DNA from: Octopus vulgaris
Taxonomy: Eukaryota
Assembly: GCA_951406725.2 (NCBI GenBank)
Contig: OX597816.1
Coordinates: forward strand, 73,222,001 to 73,286,000
Length of the DNA stretch: 64,000 nt
Direction: 5' to 3'
Part shown: one piece after another, positions 1-12,388 of the stretch
Numbering within the stretch: position 1 is the stretch's first letter
Layout: each line of letters starts with the position of its first letter
Notes under the pieces: generated by a model
Database searches by the model: none
What the model was told of the DNA's origin: nothing
What the model saw: the letters and a program-made list of their open reading frames with translations, nothing else
Made by a program: the position numbers and the translations under genes

Positions 1-135
1 CTCTCGCAATCATGCATATATTGTCATTCGGAACACTCGTAATGTATGTTATGTCTACATTACTTATGATGGCAAAGTGCGAGAACGTGCTTCCGTATGA
101 TTTCCGCACGTCTGTGTATGAGAAAGAGAAAGAGA

Positions 136-193
<58 letters not shown>

Positions 194-426
194 GAGAGAG
201 AGAGAAGTAAAGAAAGAGAGTGAGGATGAAAGAGAGGAACAGCGTCTATACGTCAGTGTGTGTGTGTGCATACCCGATAGATATGATTAACGGGCCATTC
301 CGCTACTGAACACTGGATAACTATGAACGGTTGTCTTCCGTTGTACCAGTATTCTAAGGATTGTGTAGCACATACTGACACATACACAGACGCATACGGA
401 CAAGCACATACACAGACACACAGACA

Positions 427-474
<48 letters not shown>

Positions 475-574
475 GATACAAATACACATAGACACATACT
501 CATACAGCATCTGTCTTACACATGCGTAGTGACATTCATGCCTATCTCCAAGTAGGAACTTCTAAACTAGAACC

Positions 575-575
<1 letters not shown>

Positions 576-656
<81 letters not shown>

Positions 657-657
657 C

Positions 658-696
<39 letters not shown>

Positions 697-881
697 ATAT
701 ATTTATGTATATATGTATATATATGTATATACACATATATATATATGTATACATATATATATATATACATATATGTATGTATATATATATATATATGTAT
801 ATATGTATATATGTATATGTATATATATATATATGTATATATATGTATATATATATATATGTATATATATGTATATATATG

Positions 882-931
<50 letters not shown>
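576..931. repeat. (TA)n/(TATG) microsatellite, representative of dozens of TA, CA, GA, TAGA, TACA, AAT and ACT tracts across the window
   Basis: Direct reading. Source of the YI/IY-repeat ORFs. Confidence 0.97.
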
Positions 932-936
<5 letters not shown>

Positions 937-970
937 CTCAGAGCTGCGGCCATGCTGGTGCAACCGCCAT

Positions 971-1007
<37 letters not shown>

Positions 1008-1611
1008 CAGTATATATATGTATACGTATATTCCAGATACTATATATATAGAGATGCATACATGTATATATATACAAAAATACATATAGGTATGTAATAC
1101 ATGTTGCGATGTATATGTATGTATATATGTATGTAATATATTATGCATATTACTTTTAGATAGACATGTACAAAGCACCTAATCACATACATCTGCACAC
1201 ACACACGCACGCACACACGCACACACACAAACGCAAACACACACACACACGTGTGTGTGTGTGTGTGTGCGTTTGTGTGTGTCTGTGTGTTTGCGTTCTG
1301 TGTATCTGTGTGTTTGTGTATAATTGGTGCATATGCACGCATATCCGTATATACGCAATATGAATGCACTTTGTGCAATAAAGAGGGTGCAGCAGAGAAA
1401 CCCAAGAACAATGGAGGCACGTGCTCACTTATGTTATTGGCGAACAAACCCGAAAAGCATAGTTTTACATCGTATGTCTATGAATATGTGTGTGTGTGTG
1501 CTTGTATATGTTCAACCGCGCGCACCCACACACACACATATATATATATATACAATATATATATATACATATATATGTATGTATGTAAGCATATATATAT
1601 ATATATATACA

Positions 1612-1825
1612 TTCAAAATGTGACCACCTGTGTACAGTTGGCGATTTTTTCCTCCGTCTTCCCTTCTTTGGATCTATCCTTTTCCTGTGTTTCTGACGAA
1701 GAGCTCCGCTCGAAGCGTTAAATCCTCCTTCTTTCTTTCCTTTCCTGAGCGTCCAATAACACTATACTTGTTCCACGTCCTCGCGTTGTTGTGTTTTCTC
1801 TTGTGTTTTCATGTTTGGATTAACT

Positions 1826-1827
<2 letters not shown>
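1612..1827 (+). mobile_element. Short (TA)n-embedded HHR-bearing element (Penelope pLTR/retrozyme-like), family H1
   Basis: Flanked by (TA)n on both sides and contains the HHR motif at 1689-1723. Its 3' end (...gtttggattaact) recurs on the minus strand at 4051-4145. Confidence 0.65.
1689..1723 (+). ncRNA. Minimal type-I hammerhead ribozyme motif, one core substitution
   Basis: GTTT-CTGACGA-A-GAGC(TCC)GCTC-GAA-[G]CGT-T-AAAT. Stem I GTTT/AAAT, stem II GAGC/GCTC, A15.1 is G in this copy. Confidence 0.6.
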
Positions 1828-1883
<56 letters not shown>

Positions 1884-1889
<6 letters not shown>

Positions 1890-2232
1890 TGAAATGGATA
1901 AATGAATTATCTTGTTACGGATTATTCAAAATTTAACCGATACATGGGTAGCAAAAATCACAACAGAAAAAACACGGTTGAGGTTAAGACCATGGGGTGT
2001 CGCAACCGTGCCTTAGCGCGAATAATTGAAGTTTTATAACGAAGATTCTACAAAATTCCTTTTTATTAATTTCTACACATGTTTCAAAGGCTGCAAATTC
2101 CCTAATTCGGATTGAATAAGGAGACCATTTTGCAGCTTTCTCTTCAGGAAAATCAGGAATTTAAATCTCCAAACAAATGCGCAGCAAGCTTTTCGAACAA
2201 AACGCTCCCTAGGAGCCCATGGTATGAATGGC
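1884..2232 (-). mobile_element. (TA)n-embedded HHR element, family H2
   Basis: Homologous to 46495-46743, TA flanks, HHR at 2070-2151. Confidence 0.65.
2070..2151 (-). ncRNA. Hammerhead ribozyme with long stem II
   Basis: Minus strand: TTTC-CTGAAGA-G-AAAGCTGCAAA...TTTGCAGCCTTT-GAA-AC(ATGT)GT-A-GAAA. Canonical core, GUA site, stem I TTTC/GAAA. Confidence 0.75.
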
Positions 2233-2249
2233 ACATATATATATATACT

Positions 2250-2440
2250 TTTTTTAAAAGCAACAGAAATATCACAAAAACTGTTACTCAGAGTTTCAGG
2301 TACCCGTTCGTCGGACAGTTTTGCTTGAATGGAACAAAAATGACGATATAATCAAACAAAAACAAAAAAAACACTAGTTTACATTTACACCTTTGAAAAT
2401 GGTTTTGCTTCATTGGTCCTTTCTACTAACGGTCTTAAGT
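2250..2440 (-). mobile_element. HHR element family H3, left member of an inverted pair
   Basis: Reverse-complement homology to 2985-3250. Confidence 0.65.
2277..2322 (-). ncRNA. Hammerhead-like motif with CCGACGA (U4C) core
   Basis: Minus strand: AAAACTGT-CCGACGA-ACG(GGTA)CCT-GAA-ACTC(T)GAGT-A-ACAGTTTT. 8-bp stem I, near-palindromic stem III, one mismatch in stem II. Confidence 0.6.
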
Positions 2441-2984
2441 ATGCAATGAACAAAATAAATTCAATATAAATTCATCCTATTGTAAAATCGAAGAAAGCCT
2501 TAAATCGAAGGAGAGATTCCAAATACATATGGTAAATAATCATGTACGAAATATAAGTCAATTACTACATTAAAATTAAAATTTAAAATTTTCATGTTGT
2601 ATTACATAAATATTTTTTCAGGAGTATATACGCATACTCGACCATCTATAATATACATATATACACCAAAAGGCACAGATGCATGTACATAGTTATATAT
2701 ATATATATATGTTTAGACATACATATGTAAGACATAAGTATATACACAAATACACACATATGCAATATATGTATCCACACATGCACGCGTACAGAATCTC
2801 TTGGTGTATACATATACAGGACAGTTATTGCAGACGAGAGAAATATGAAGTGTGCCTGAAGTGTAGGGAGGAGAGAGAGAAAAAGAATATGAAACAGAGA
2901 CGTAAAAACTAGCGAAAGAGAAAAAGAGAAAAAGAAGAAAAAGAGTAAAAAAGGAGAAAAGAAAAAAGAAGCATCTTAAAGGCG

Positions 2985-3250
2985 CTAGCAACCGTTAGAT
3001 GAAAGGGCCTATCAAACAAAACCATTTTTAAAGGTGTAGCCTTTAAACTAGTTATTTTGTTTTTGTTTGAATTATATCGTCATTTCTGTTCCATTCTAAC
3101 AAAAGCGTCCGACGAACGGGAATGTGAAACTCTGAGTAGCAGTTTATGTGATATTTCTGCTGCATTTAAATATAGCATATTACCCTACCTCTGGTATTTA
3201 AGTACTCTTTTGTTACCACCTTGTTCCACATTTATGTGCTTACTCCGGTA
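2985..3250 (+). mobile_element. HHR element family H3, right member, with HHR-like motif at 3105-3143
   Basis: CCGACGA-ACG(GGAA)TGT-GAA-ACTCTGAGT-A-GCAG. Ends at (TA)n. Confidence 0.62.
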
Positions 3251-3530
3251 TATATATATATATAAGCAATAATAATTCTCTGAGCGAGGTATAAACAGTA
3301 GCTGCACGACATCGTGAAGTATATTTGCCACTTAAATGTGACTAACCCTTAAGGGTGGATGCTACTGTAGCTTGTAGCCCCAGGAAGACACCTCCCCCAG
3401 CTGGCTATTGTCACATTTTCTGTGTCCTATCAGTATTTGCACAGGGAAGTCATCGTTCCCATCTCCAACCCGACGTGATAAACTCGGACCCGAAACTACT
3501 GTATAAATCCCTCTGAGAGATTTAGAAATG

Positions 3531-3598
<68 letters not shown>

Positions 3599-3990
3599 TC
3601 TACATCTACATATACAAATACATACATGGATATATCCATACATCCATGCATTCGTTCATTACGAAATTCAATATATATTTCAAAGATTCTCCAGGAATTT
3701 ATAAATGATAGTACGGGAACTCTTTGTTGAGTGTAAAATGTAGAATATAAAACGTAATGACGCATACATGCAAGCGCGTTCATTGAAGCACCTGAAGGCT
3801 AATGAGACGTTCACACAAAACATATGTATAAGACATACGCTTACATTTTTGTACACCAAGCCAGCGATATATTTACAATCTCCGCGAACTCTCTTAACCC
3901 AAAAAACTTGTCACATTGCGAGTGACTGATTTGAACTCCATTAAGAAGCACTTAAAAATATGTCCATGGAAATTTATTTACATCCATATA

Positions 3991-4035
<45 letters not shown>

Positions 4036-4050
4036 AATATATATATATAT

Positions 4051-4145
4051 AGTTAATCCAAACAAGAAAACAAAAAAACAAAAAAACAACAACGCAAGGA
4101 TGTGGAACAAATAAAGTATTATTGGACGCTCAGGAAAGAAGGGAA
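4051..4145 (-). mobile_element. 3' fragment of family H1 element
   Basis: Reverse complement matches about 1735-1827. TA flanks. Confidence 0.7.
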
Positions 4146-4167
4146 ACAAAAATATATACATCTATAT

Positions 4168-4207
<40 letters not shown>

Positions 4208-4223
4208 GTATATATATACATAC

Positions 4224-4297
<74 letters not shown>

Positions 4298-4595
4298 ATA
4301 TATATATATTCATGTGTACATATATTACATACACCAGCCGACCCTCATGCTTGGGCAATTCTAACGTTCAGAGAATATCAGACAAATATATGACAATCCA
4401 CGTTAAGTAACAGCAAGTTCTCACAACATGGGTGTGAGCTGCAAGGAAAATATAGAAAGTAATAGATTTCATGACTGTTATAATCCTATGTACCGAGGTT
4501 ACACGTATACACACAAAGTGTGTCTTTTAAAATATATTTATATACAGGTACATGTTTGTGCATGTGTATGCGTGTATACGCATGTACATATAATT

Positions 4596-4776
4596 AAAGT
4601 GAGAATTTACAGAAAACAAAAGATGAAGATGGCTGTGTAAACAACAAGCAGATGTATTAGTTTAACGCTCGGGAAGTGAGAAAGTCTTTTACGTTTCGAG
4701 CCTACGTTCTTCGACAGAAAGAAACACAGAAAAATAAACAGGGAGAGATTATAGAAAAAGGTTTCGTGGCTAATGA
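4596..4776 (-). mobile_element. HHR element family H4, HHR at 4686-4721 with CUGUCGA core
   Basis: Homologous to 38546-38700 and 40663-40852. Minus strand CTTT-CTGTCGA-AGAACGTAGGCTC-GAA-ACGT-A-AAAG. Confidence 0.7.
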
Positions 4777-4816
4777 TACATGTATGTATATATTTATTGA
4801 AGCATGTATATATGCT

Positions 4817-5070
4817 GAAGTACGTGGCTTGGTAGTTAGGGGCTGTTGGAACTCAAGACCGTAAGATTGCGGTTTCGACCAAGCGATGCATTGTGTTCTT
4901 GAGCAAAACACTTCATCTAACGTTGCTCCAGTCCAGTCAGCTGGCAAAAATGAGTAATCCTGCTATGGACCGTCGTCCATCCAGGAAGGGCACGGAATGT
5001 ATGCACCACCGAATTCGGAAAACAAGCTTCATGAGCCTATGACTCGTGAACAACTTTGACCCTTTTTGCC
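4817..5070 (+). mobile_element. Degenerate tRNA-derived SINE (family D)
   Basis: A-box-like TGGCTTGGTAG, B-box-like GGTTTCGACC, followed by a CORE-like ttgtgttcttgagcaaaacactt segment. Confidence 0.55.
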
Positions 5071-5071
5071 A

Positions 5072-5141
<70 letters not shown>

Positions 5142-6619
5142 ATCTTATGCACACAGTCAACAACACACTCACCTATACGTATTATGTATGTTTGTATGTA
5201 CGTATGTATACACGCACCGCCGAACTCACACCAGTATAGATTCATTTATAGTAACTTGCGTCAATCCACCATATGCAAGCAAACTGCACATAACTACTTC
5301 AACTGAACACCTCAACCCAGAAACACCTGTATAGGACTACTTGTTCTCTCCACCCACTTTCTTGCGAGGTTTTGACTAGTACTTTCACAGATTTTACTTA
5401 CCTATCGAGGCTGAACCATCACAAAGGACCAATCAAATTCTCCTCTATCTTATCAACGGCATTAATGTACGGATTTCCTATATTTGTACTTGTCTTTGCG
5501 GAATCACTATCAAATTTCACTCTGCAGATTCTCTCGGTTTTCTGCTAAATTTATCAATTGTTGTGCTCCCTTTTGTATAAGCATGTTATATAAATGACTC
5601 GACGCCTTGCAATCTGGAAACAACAACAATGTTATCAGGTTGAACTGATTCTAAAGGAAAGCTAAGTTAAAGGAAGATATGGTGCCACGTTTTAAAGCAG
5701 TTTATCGAGATGTATTCATACTCCAGCATATTTGTCTCTGCACGCACGCAGAGAAACACATGCAAGATAAGGTATCATTTGCCACATTAACCCACCAGTG
5801 ACAATCTACCAACAGTGAAAGGAAATAATGTAAAACGAATGGTGGCATCAGTGGAATCCATTGACGCAGTGATCGATGACATCACCCACTCTTTCTCTCT
5901 CTTTCTTTCTTTGTTTCTTTCGCTTTCTCTCTCTCTCTCTCTCTCACTCTCTCTTTATTTCTCTTTCTCTCTCACAATTTTTATTATTTCTATGACGTGG
6001 TTGATGTACTATACAAAGTGAGGGATATATTACTCTGAGAGGTTATGATAGGTGATGAAAGGAAACGTATAGATTACATACACAGTTATTCTTACATTGC
6101 CTCTCCTTGTGCTGGATCTTCAACTCCTTGACTCCTAGGGTGCCACTGTTACATACGGTGTGTCTTGGGACATTTTTAGATTTAGTGAAGTCCGTTCCCC
6201 TTTATGTTTAGCCGCAGCCAGTTTCTTCCGACAGAAAAAGTTAACAAATGACACACAGGTATCGACCCAAGTACAGCACTCTTACTCTATTTATTGACGT
6301 AGAAACGATAAAATACAGAACTACCCTCGGTGCGATTCGAACCCTGAGTGCAGAGAGCCGGAATATCTGACTGTTATTGTTCCCCCCTTCTAAGACGCTG
6401 TGAGACATAATGTCTTGTCTCATACTTCTGTTTTATATAACTCTCTTCCTTGTGTTTGTTTCTATAATGAACATAACCCCATTTCTTTCACAACTTTTAA
6501 TAAAGCCATGGTTTGTTTTGTTTTTGGGTGGGGGTTCACCTTTTTATTTTTGTGACTCCCAAGCGGTTGCTTGGGGCCTGTTCTATTGCTGGTTACTTTC
6601 CTCCGAAGCAGAACAGAGA

Positions 6620-6637
6620 TTACTACTACTACTACTG

Positions 6638-6712
<75 letters not shown>

Positions 6713-6731
6713 TTACTACTACTACTACTAC

Positions 6732-6792
<61 letters not shown>

Positions 6793-6793
6793 G

Positions 6794-6845
<52 letters not shown>
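6620..6845. repeat. Compound (ACT)n-(TCT)n-(ACT)n-(AAT)n microsatellite
   Basis: Direct reading. Confidence 0.95.
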
Positions 6846-6847
<2 letters not shown>

Positions 6848-7105
6848 GACGTGGTCAATAAGGAGTGTAGACGTGATACCAATGGGAATTGGTGCTCTTG
6901 GAAATATCAGCACTCAACTACCAACATGGCTGAAAAAGATCGGTGCAAGTGTGAAGGTAGAACTCCTACAAAAATCAGCATTGCTTGGAACTGCAATTCT
7001 TCGCAGGGTTCTTGAAGCATGACCGGTAAACAAGTGTCCTCTCAGTCTGCGCTGGATGTGGTCAACTGACACTTCCCGTCATACCCAGCAAAATAATCTG
7101 TGATT
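6846..7105 (+). mobile_element. 5'-truncated R4/Dong-like (RLE) non-LTR retrotransposon 3' end
   Basis: 6846-7022 translates WTWSIRSVDVIPMGIGALGNISTQLPTWLKKIGASVKVELLQKSALLGTAILRRVLEA*. This matches the VIPxVIGALG...LQKxALLGTA C-terminus of R4/Dong elements. Abuts (AAT)n, the known Dong target. Confidence 0.85.
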
Positions 7106-7126
7106 TTTCATCACATGATGATGATA

Positions 7127-7203
7127 ATGTCTTCTACTATAGCCTCAGGCCGACCAAAGCCTTGTGAGTGGATTTGGTAGACGAAAACTGAAAGAAGCCC
7201 GTC

Positions 7204-7249
<46 letters not shown>

Positions 7250-7482
7250 GCATGTATGTGTATACGTTTGTGCGTCTGTGTTTGCCCTACCAGCATCGCT
7301 TGAGAACCTATGCTGGTGTGTTTACATCCCCGTAACTTAGCGGTTCGGCAAGAGAGACTGACAGAATAAGTACTAGGCTTACAAAGAATAAGTCCTGGGG
7401 TCGATTTGCTCGACTAAAGGCGGTGCTCCAGCATGGCTACAGTCAAATGACTGAAAAGGTAAAAGAATATAAGAGTAAAAGA
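7127..7482 (+). mobile_element. SINE family A, 5'-truncated
   Basis: Matches 9258-9678. Confidence 0.9.
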
Positions 7483-7656
7483 GTATAGTATGTAAAATAT
7501 ATGATCACATGACTAATGCAGTCCTTCTAATACAGGAAAACCTCAAACTAAGACACATCAGGGAAGCCCACAGATCTAGGGACCCCCTGACAACGAAAGG
7601 CATGAACCCTCACCTAAATATTCTCTAATCTACAGGCGTATGGTTAAACAACTAGA

Positions 7657-7880
7657 AGGGGGTGAGCTGGCAGACTCGTTACTCTGCCGGGAGAAATGCT
7701 TAGTGGTATTTCATCTGTCCTTACGTTCTGAGTTCAAATTCCGCCTTGGTCGACTTTTCCTTTCATCCTTCTGGGGGTCGATAAAATAAGTACCAGTTGA
7801 GTACTGGGGATCGTTCTAATCGACTTATCCCTTCCCCTAAAATTTCAGGCCTTGTGGCTATAATAGGAAGGATTATTCTG
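7657..7880 (+). mobile_element. SINE family B (tRNA-like head plus Meta/MESC-like core)
   Basis: gagttcaaattcc B-box and cctttcatccttctgggggtcgataaaataagtacc core. Confidence 0.85.
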
Positions 7881-8351
7881 GTAGCAACTGAAATCTCTCA
7901 AAAATGGAATCAGATAAACAAGTTCTGTTGCTGCTTTTGGTTGAAACATTCCGTATGCATGAGAACTCTTAGAGCCAATTTGGTATTGTACGTTAAAGAA
8001 ATGATAGATTTCATGTTCTACAGCTAAACAGCAAACTGCTTCTCCCCCTCTCACTCTCTCTCTCTGTCTTTCTTCTTTCTTTCTTTCTTTTTTTTCTTTC
8101 TTTTTTTCTTTCTTTCTTTCTGTCTTTCTTTTTATCTCTCATGCTACGCAGTTTTTAATTTCCGGAAGATGAATTGATATTCCTGTAGCTTTCGTCCTCT
8201 TCGAGTCAGTTCTGCTGCTAGGTAACTCTATTAAAATGTGAAACCAAGAATTCAAGTGGGTTTTTTTTTGTCTTTTGTTGTTACTATTGTTGTTATTGTT
8301 GTTGTTGCTGCTGTTGCTGCTGCTGTTGCTGCTGCTGTTGCTGTTGCTGTT

Positions 8352-8719
8352 GAGCGAACGGTCTTCGTCCCAGAGCTCGCAAGATGGGAGAGTCCGAAAT
8401 GTGGTCTCTCGCTATTCGCAAGACCCGCACAAGAGAAAGCTGGTCAACCCCCGACACCGAGAGCATCGACGGATGGATGAATGCGCATCCAGGCTCAGCG
8501 GTTGCGTAGGAAGTCGGGGACAAGAAACAGGAAGAAAGAGTGAGAGAAAGTCGGAGCGAAAGAGTACAACAGGGGTCGCCACCACCCCGTGCCGGAGCCT
8601 CGTGGAGCTTTTAGGTATTTTCGCTCAATAAACACACACAACGCCCGGTCTGGGAATCGAAACCGCGATCCTCCGACCACGAGTCCGCTGCCCTAACCAT
8701 TGGGCCATTGCGCCTCCAC
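8352..8719 (-). mobile_element. SINE family C (tRNA-Arg-like head, (CAA/CAG)n tail), full length
   Basis: Minus-strand head gtggaggcgcaatggcccaatggttagggcagcggactcg...ggtttcgattccc. Other copies at 9720-10055 and 28682-29040. Confidence 0.9.
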
Positions 8720-9257
8720 TGCTGCTGCTGTTTTTATTGTGCTTTTGTGGTTTAGCCCTGATTCAGGAGATTTACGATGAAAGATATTCCAGCCGTGATC
8801 ATCTTGCCCTTTAGTACCTCAGATGCAAGGTGAGTGGGATATTGAGGAAGATTTGACTGTTAGTTCTAGTAAGTCACGCAGTCTTCCTCGTAGGCTGGAA
8901 GGCAAATAGTGAAAAACTGGTGAATTATAAGACACTTTAGAGAGAAAGTCTCTGTCCTTTCTGTTATAAGCTTGTTGTATCTTGTAGTATCTCTTCCGGA
9001 TCTCTAAGTGTCATATTCTTGCCTGCCTGTGCGTGTGTGTGCACTTGTGTAAGTGTGCGTTTGCCTCCAGTGCCAAAAAATACTGTCGCCAAAAGAGACT
9101 GGATGTTTAGTAAGACGTGCCAAATACTCAGCGTCTAGACTGCGGCGCCCAATCGTCTTATCCTGCTTTCTTTTGAGTCCTCATGAGAAGTCAGTATCAT
9201 TAAAGAAACCCTGAATTTCCAACTTCGAAGTCATTTTAGTATAAAAAGTTGTCATCA

Positions 9258-9678
9258 TAGGCACAGGAGTGGCTGTGTTGTAAGTAGCTTGCTTACCAGC
9301 CACATGGTTCCGGGTTCAGTCCCACTGCGTGGCACATTGGGCAAGTGTCTTCTACTATAGCTTCGCGCCGACCAAAGCCTTGTGAATGGATTTGGTAGAC
9401 GGAAACTGAAAGAAGCCCGTCGTATATATATATGTATATATATGAGTATATCTATGTGTATGCATATATTTGTGTGTCTATGTTTGTCCCCCAACATCGC
9501 TTAACAACCGATGTTGGTGTGTTTACGTCCCCGTAACAAGCGGTTCGGCAAAAGAAGACCGACAGAATAAGTACTAGGCTTACAAAGAATAAGTTCTGGG
9601 GTCGATTTGCTCGACTAAAGGCGGTGCTCCAGTATGGCCGTAGTCAAATGACTGCAACAAGTAAAAGAGTAAAAAGAG
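9258..9678 (+). mobile_element. SINE family A, full length (tRNA head, internal (TA)n/(TG)n, gtaaaaga tail)
   Basis: A-box-like TGGCTGTGTTG, B-box GGTTCAGTCCC. More than 15 copies in the window. Confidence 0.92.
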
Positions 9679-9719
9679 AGAGTATCATGCTAATACCATT
9701 TGTTACTACTGTTACTGTT

Positions 9720-10055
9720 GAGCGAACGGTCTTCGTCCCAGAGCTCGCAAGATGGGAGAAGTCCGAAACGTGGTCCTTTGTTATTCATAAGACTCGCAGA
9801 AGAGAAAGCAGGTCAACCCCCGACACTGAGAGCATCGACGGATGGCTGAATGCGCATCCATGCTCAGCGGTTGCGTAGGAAGTCGGGCACAAGAAACAGG
9901 AAGAAAGAGTGAGAGAAAGTTGGAGCGAAAGAGTACAACAGGGGTCGCCACCATCCCCTGCCGGAGCCTCGTGGAGCTTTAGGTGTTTTCGCTCAATAAG
10001 CACACACAACGCCCGGTCTGGGAATCGAAACCGCGATCCTCTGTTGCGCCTCTAC
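9720..10055 (-). mobile_element. SINE family C with head deletion and 13-bp TSD
   Basis: TSD ttgttact(a/g)ctgt at 9700-9712 and 10056-10068. Confidence 0.88.
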
Positions 10056-10134
10056 TTGTTACTGCTGTATGCCCTTCGCTACTATTCTTTTACGATTCAA
10101 TTGTGCATAATTCAATAAATTCACTTCAACGTTA

Positions 10135-10675
10135 ACAAATGAATTTTATCAATGATCTATAAATTTATATCAAAATCTATAAAATTATTTCAATGCTTGT
10201 GAATTTATACAACGATCCTAAATGTATTTCGACGCTTATAAATATATTTAAACACCTACAAACGTATTCCAATGTCTTTTAAATTATTTCAAAAGTCATA
10301 AATATATTTCAACACTCATAAAGCATATTTCGACGCTTATAAATATATTTAAACGCCTATAAATGTATTCCAATGTCTATTAAATTATTTCAAAACCCAT
10401 AAATGTAATTCAACACCTGTAAATGTATTTCAATGCTCGTAAATGTATTTCGATACCTATAAATATATTTCAAAGCATATAAATACATTTGAACATCTAT
10501 AAATATATTTTAATGCCTATAAATGTATTTCATAGCTTATATATTGATTTTCAGTGTTCAATGCTTATAAAATTCAACACTCAAATATATATCAATGTCT
10601 ACAAATGAACTTTAAAGCCTTTTAAAGCAATGCCTCTAACTGTATTCCAAATTGTGCAGCTGCAATTCAATACTT
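10135..10675. repeat. Degenerate ~20-bp minisatellite, consensus ~TATAAATGTATTTCAATGCC, about 25 units
   Basis: Periodic ataaat...tttcaa motif with a ~103-bp higher-order duplication. Confidence 0.85.
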
Positions 10676-10740
10676 AAACACTTAACGATAACATTTAGAT
10701 GCCTTTTCGTCTTACCCACAATGAAAGATTGTTAAAATAA

Positions 10741-10965
10741 TGGTTTCAAATTTTGCCACAAGGGCAGCAATTTTGGGGTTAGGAGTGAGTCGATTACATT
10801 GACCCCAGTACTCAACTGGTACTTATTTTACTGACCCCCGAAAAGATGAAAGTAAAATCGACTTCGACGGAATTTGAACTCAGATCGGAACGACGGGCGA
10901 AATACTACTAAACATTTCGTCCAGCGTGCTAATGATTCTGCCAGCTCGCTGCCTTAATAATGATG

Positions 10966-11030
<65 letters not shown>

Positions 11031-11235
11031 TTCTACTATAGGCACAGGGCCTGATATTTGGGGCAGAGATATAGTCCTTTACATCGACCGCGGTACACAA
11101 CTGGTACGTATTTTATCGACCCCCGAGAGGATAAAAAGCAAAGTCGACCTCGGCGGAATTTGAACTAAGACCGGAGCGAAACAACGCAAAGCTTTTCGTC
11201 CAGTGTACTAACGATTCTGCCAGCGCGCCGCCTTA
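10741..11235 (-). mobile_element. Two SINE B copies (10741-10955, 11030-11235) separated by (AAT)n
   Basis: Reverse-complement match to family B. Confidence 0.85.
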
Positions 11236-11279
11236 AAGACTGATAAAATAATCAACCAAAAACTATGATCGATATAGCG

Positions 11280-11590
11280 TGTGTGTGGTAAAAAAGTTTG
11301 CTTCACAACTGCGAGGTTCCGGGTTCAGTCCTAGTGCGTGGCACCTTGAGCAAGTGTCTTCCACTGTAGCCCCGGGCCGACCAAAATCTTGTAAGCGGTT
11401 TCGATAGACGAGAACTGAGAGAAATCCTGCTTCTGTATGTGTGCGTGTCTGTGTGCACATCTTTGTATTTGCATTTGTCAGCGCCCCCGCTTGACAACGG
11501 CTGTTGGTTTGTTTATGTTCCTGTAAGTTAGCAGTTCGGCAAAAATCACCGATAAAATAAATACCAAGCTTTATAAAATAAGTATTGGGA
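11280..11590 (+). mobile_element. Older SINE A-like copy
   Basis: Diverged head and body. Confidence 0.8.
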
Positions 11591-11607
11591 CCAATGTTTG
11601 GAACCCA

Positions 11608-11940
11608 GAGGCGACGAGCTGGCAGGAACGTTAGCGCGCCGGGCAAAATGCTTAGCGGTATTTTGTCTGTTTTTACGTTCCGAGTTCAAATTCCGCCGAG
11701 GTTGACTTTACCTTTCATCCTTTCGGGGTCGATAAATTAAGTACCAGTTACGCACTGGGATCGATATAATCGACTTAATCCGTTTGTCTGTCCTTGTTTG
11801 TCGTCTCTGTGTTTAGTCCCTTGTGGGTAGTAAAGAAATAGGTATTTCGTCTGGCTTCACGTTCCGAGTTCAAATTCCGCCGAGGTTGACTTTACCTTTC
11901 ATCCTTTCGAGGTCGATAAATTAAGCACCATTTGCGTACT
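11608..11940 (+). mobile_element. SINE B1 followed by a headless B module
   Basis: Junction ...gtaaagaaata|ggtatttcgtc at 11840/11841. Confidence 0.85.
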
Positions 11941-12388
11941 TATACCTAGAGTAGAAGAGAATGTCTGGAACCCAGTGTCTGGTACAAGTAAAATAAGATT
12001 CACTCCCTCATAAAATAAGGAGCTTTCTACTTAAGTTAGAAACCTTCTTTATTGAAGAGAAATCGGAAGGTGACAAAGTTGGCAAGATCGTCAGCTTGTC
12101 GCTAAGCCCCATTTTAGGTATTTCGTCTGGCTTCACGTTCCGAGTTCAAATTCCGCCGAGGTTGACTTTACCTTTCATCCTTTCGAGGTCGATAAATTAA
12201 GCACCATTTGCGTACTTATACCTAGAGTAGAAGAGAATGTCTGGAACCCAGTGTCTGGTACAAGTAAAATAAGATTCACTCCCTCATAAAATAAGGAGCT
12301 TTCTACTTAAGTTAGAAACCTTCTTTATTGAAGAGAAATCGGAAGGTGACAAAGTTGGCAAGATCGTCAGCTTGTCGCTAAGCCCCAT
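11839..12388. repeat. Near-identical tandem duplication, period 276 bp
   Basis: 11839-12112 matches 12115-12388. Confidence 0.92.

Noticed and set aside
3265-3530. TA-flanked block with GAAACTACTGTA, a possible hammerhead
   Set aside because: No properly placed CUGANGA or stem I was found. It is probably a repeat but the ribozyme is not supportable.
5402-5410. 9-nt minus-strand micro-exon with AG|GTAAGT
   Set aside because: The polypyrimidine tract is weak, and the same donor motif occurs twice on the plus strand (about 12821 and 14197) without exon context.
9258-9340. tRNA-like sequences with A/B boxes, also in the SINE B and C heads
   Set aside because: They are heads of multi-copy SINEs without a complete cloverleaf, not tRNA genes.
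10135-10675. CRISPR-like periodicity
   Set aside because: Units are contiguous and degenerate, with no spacers or cas genes, in a eukaryotic context.
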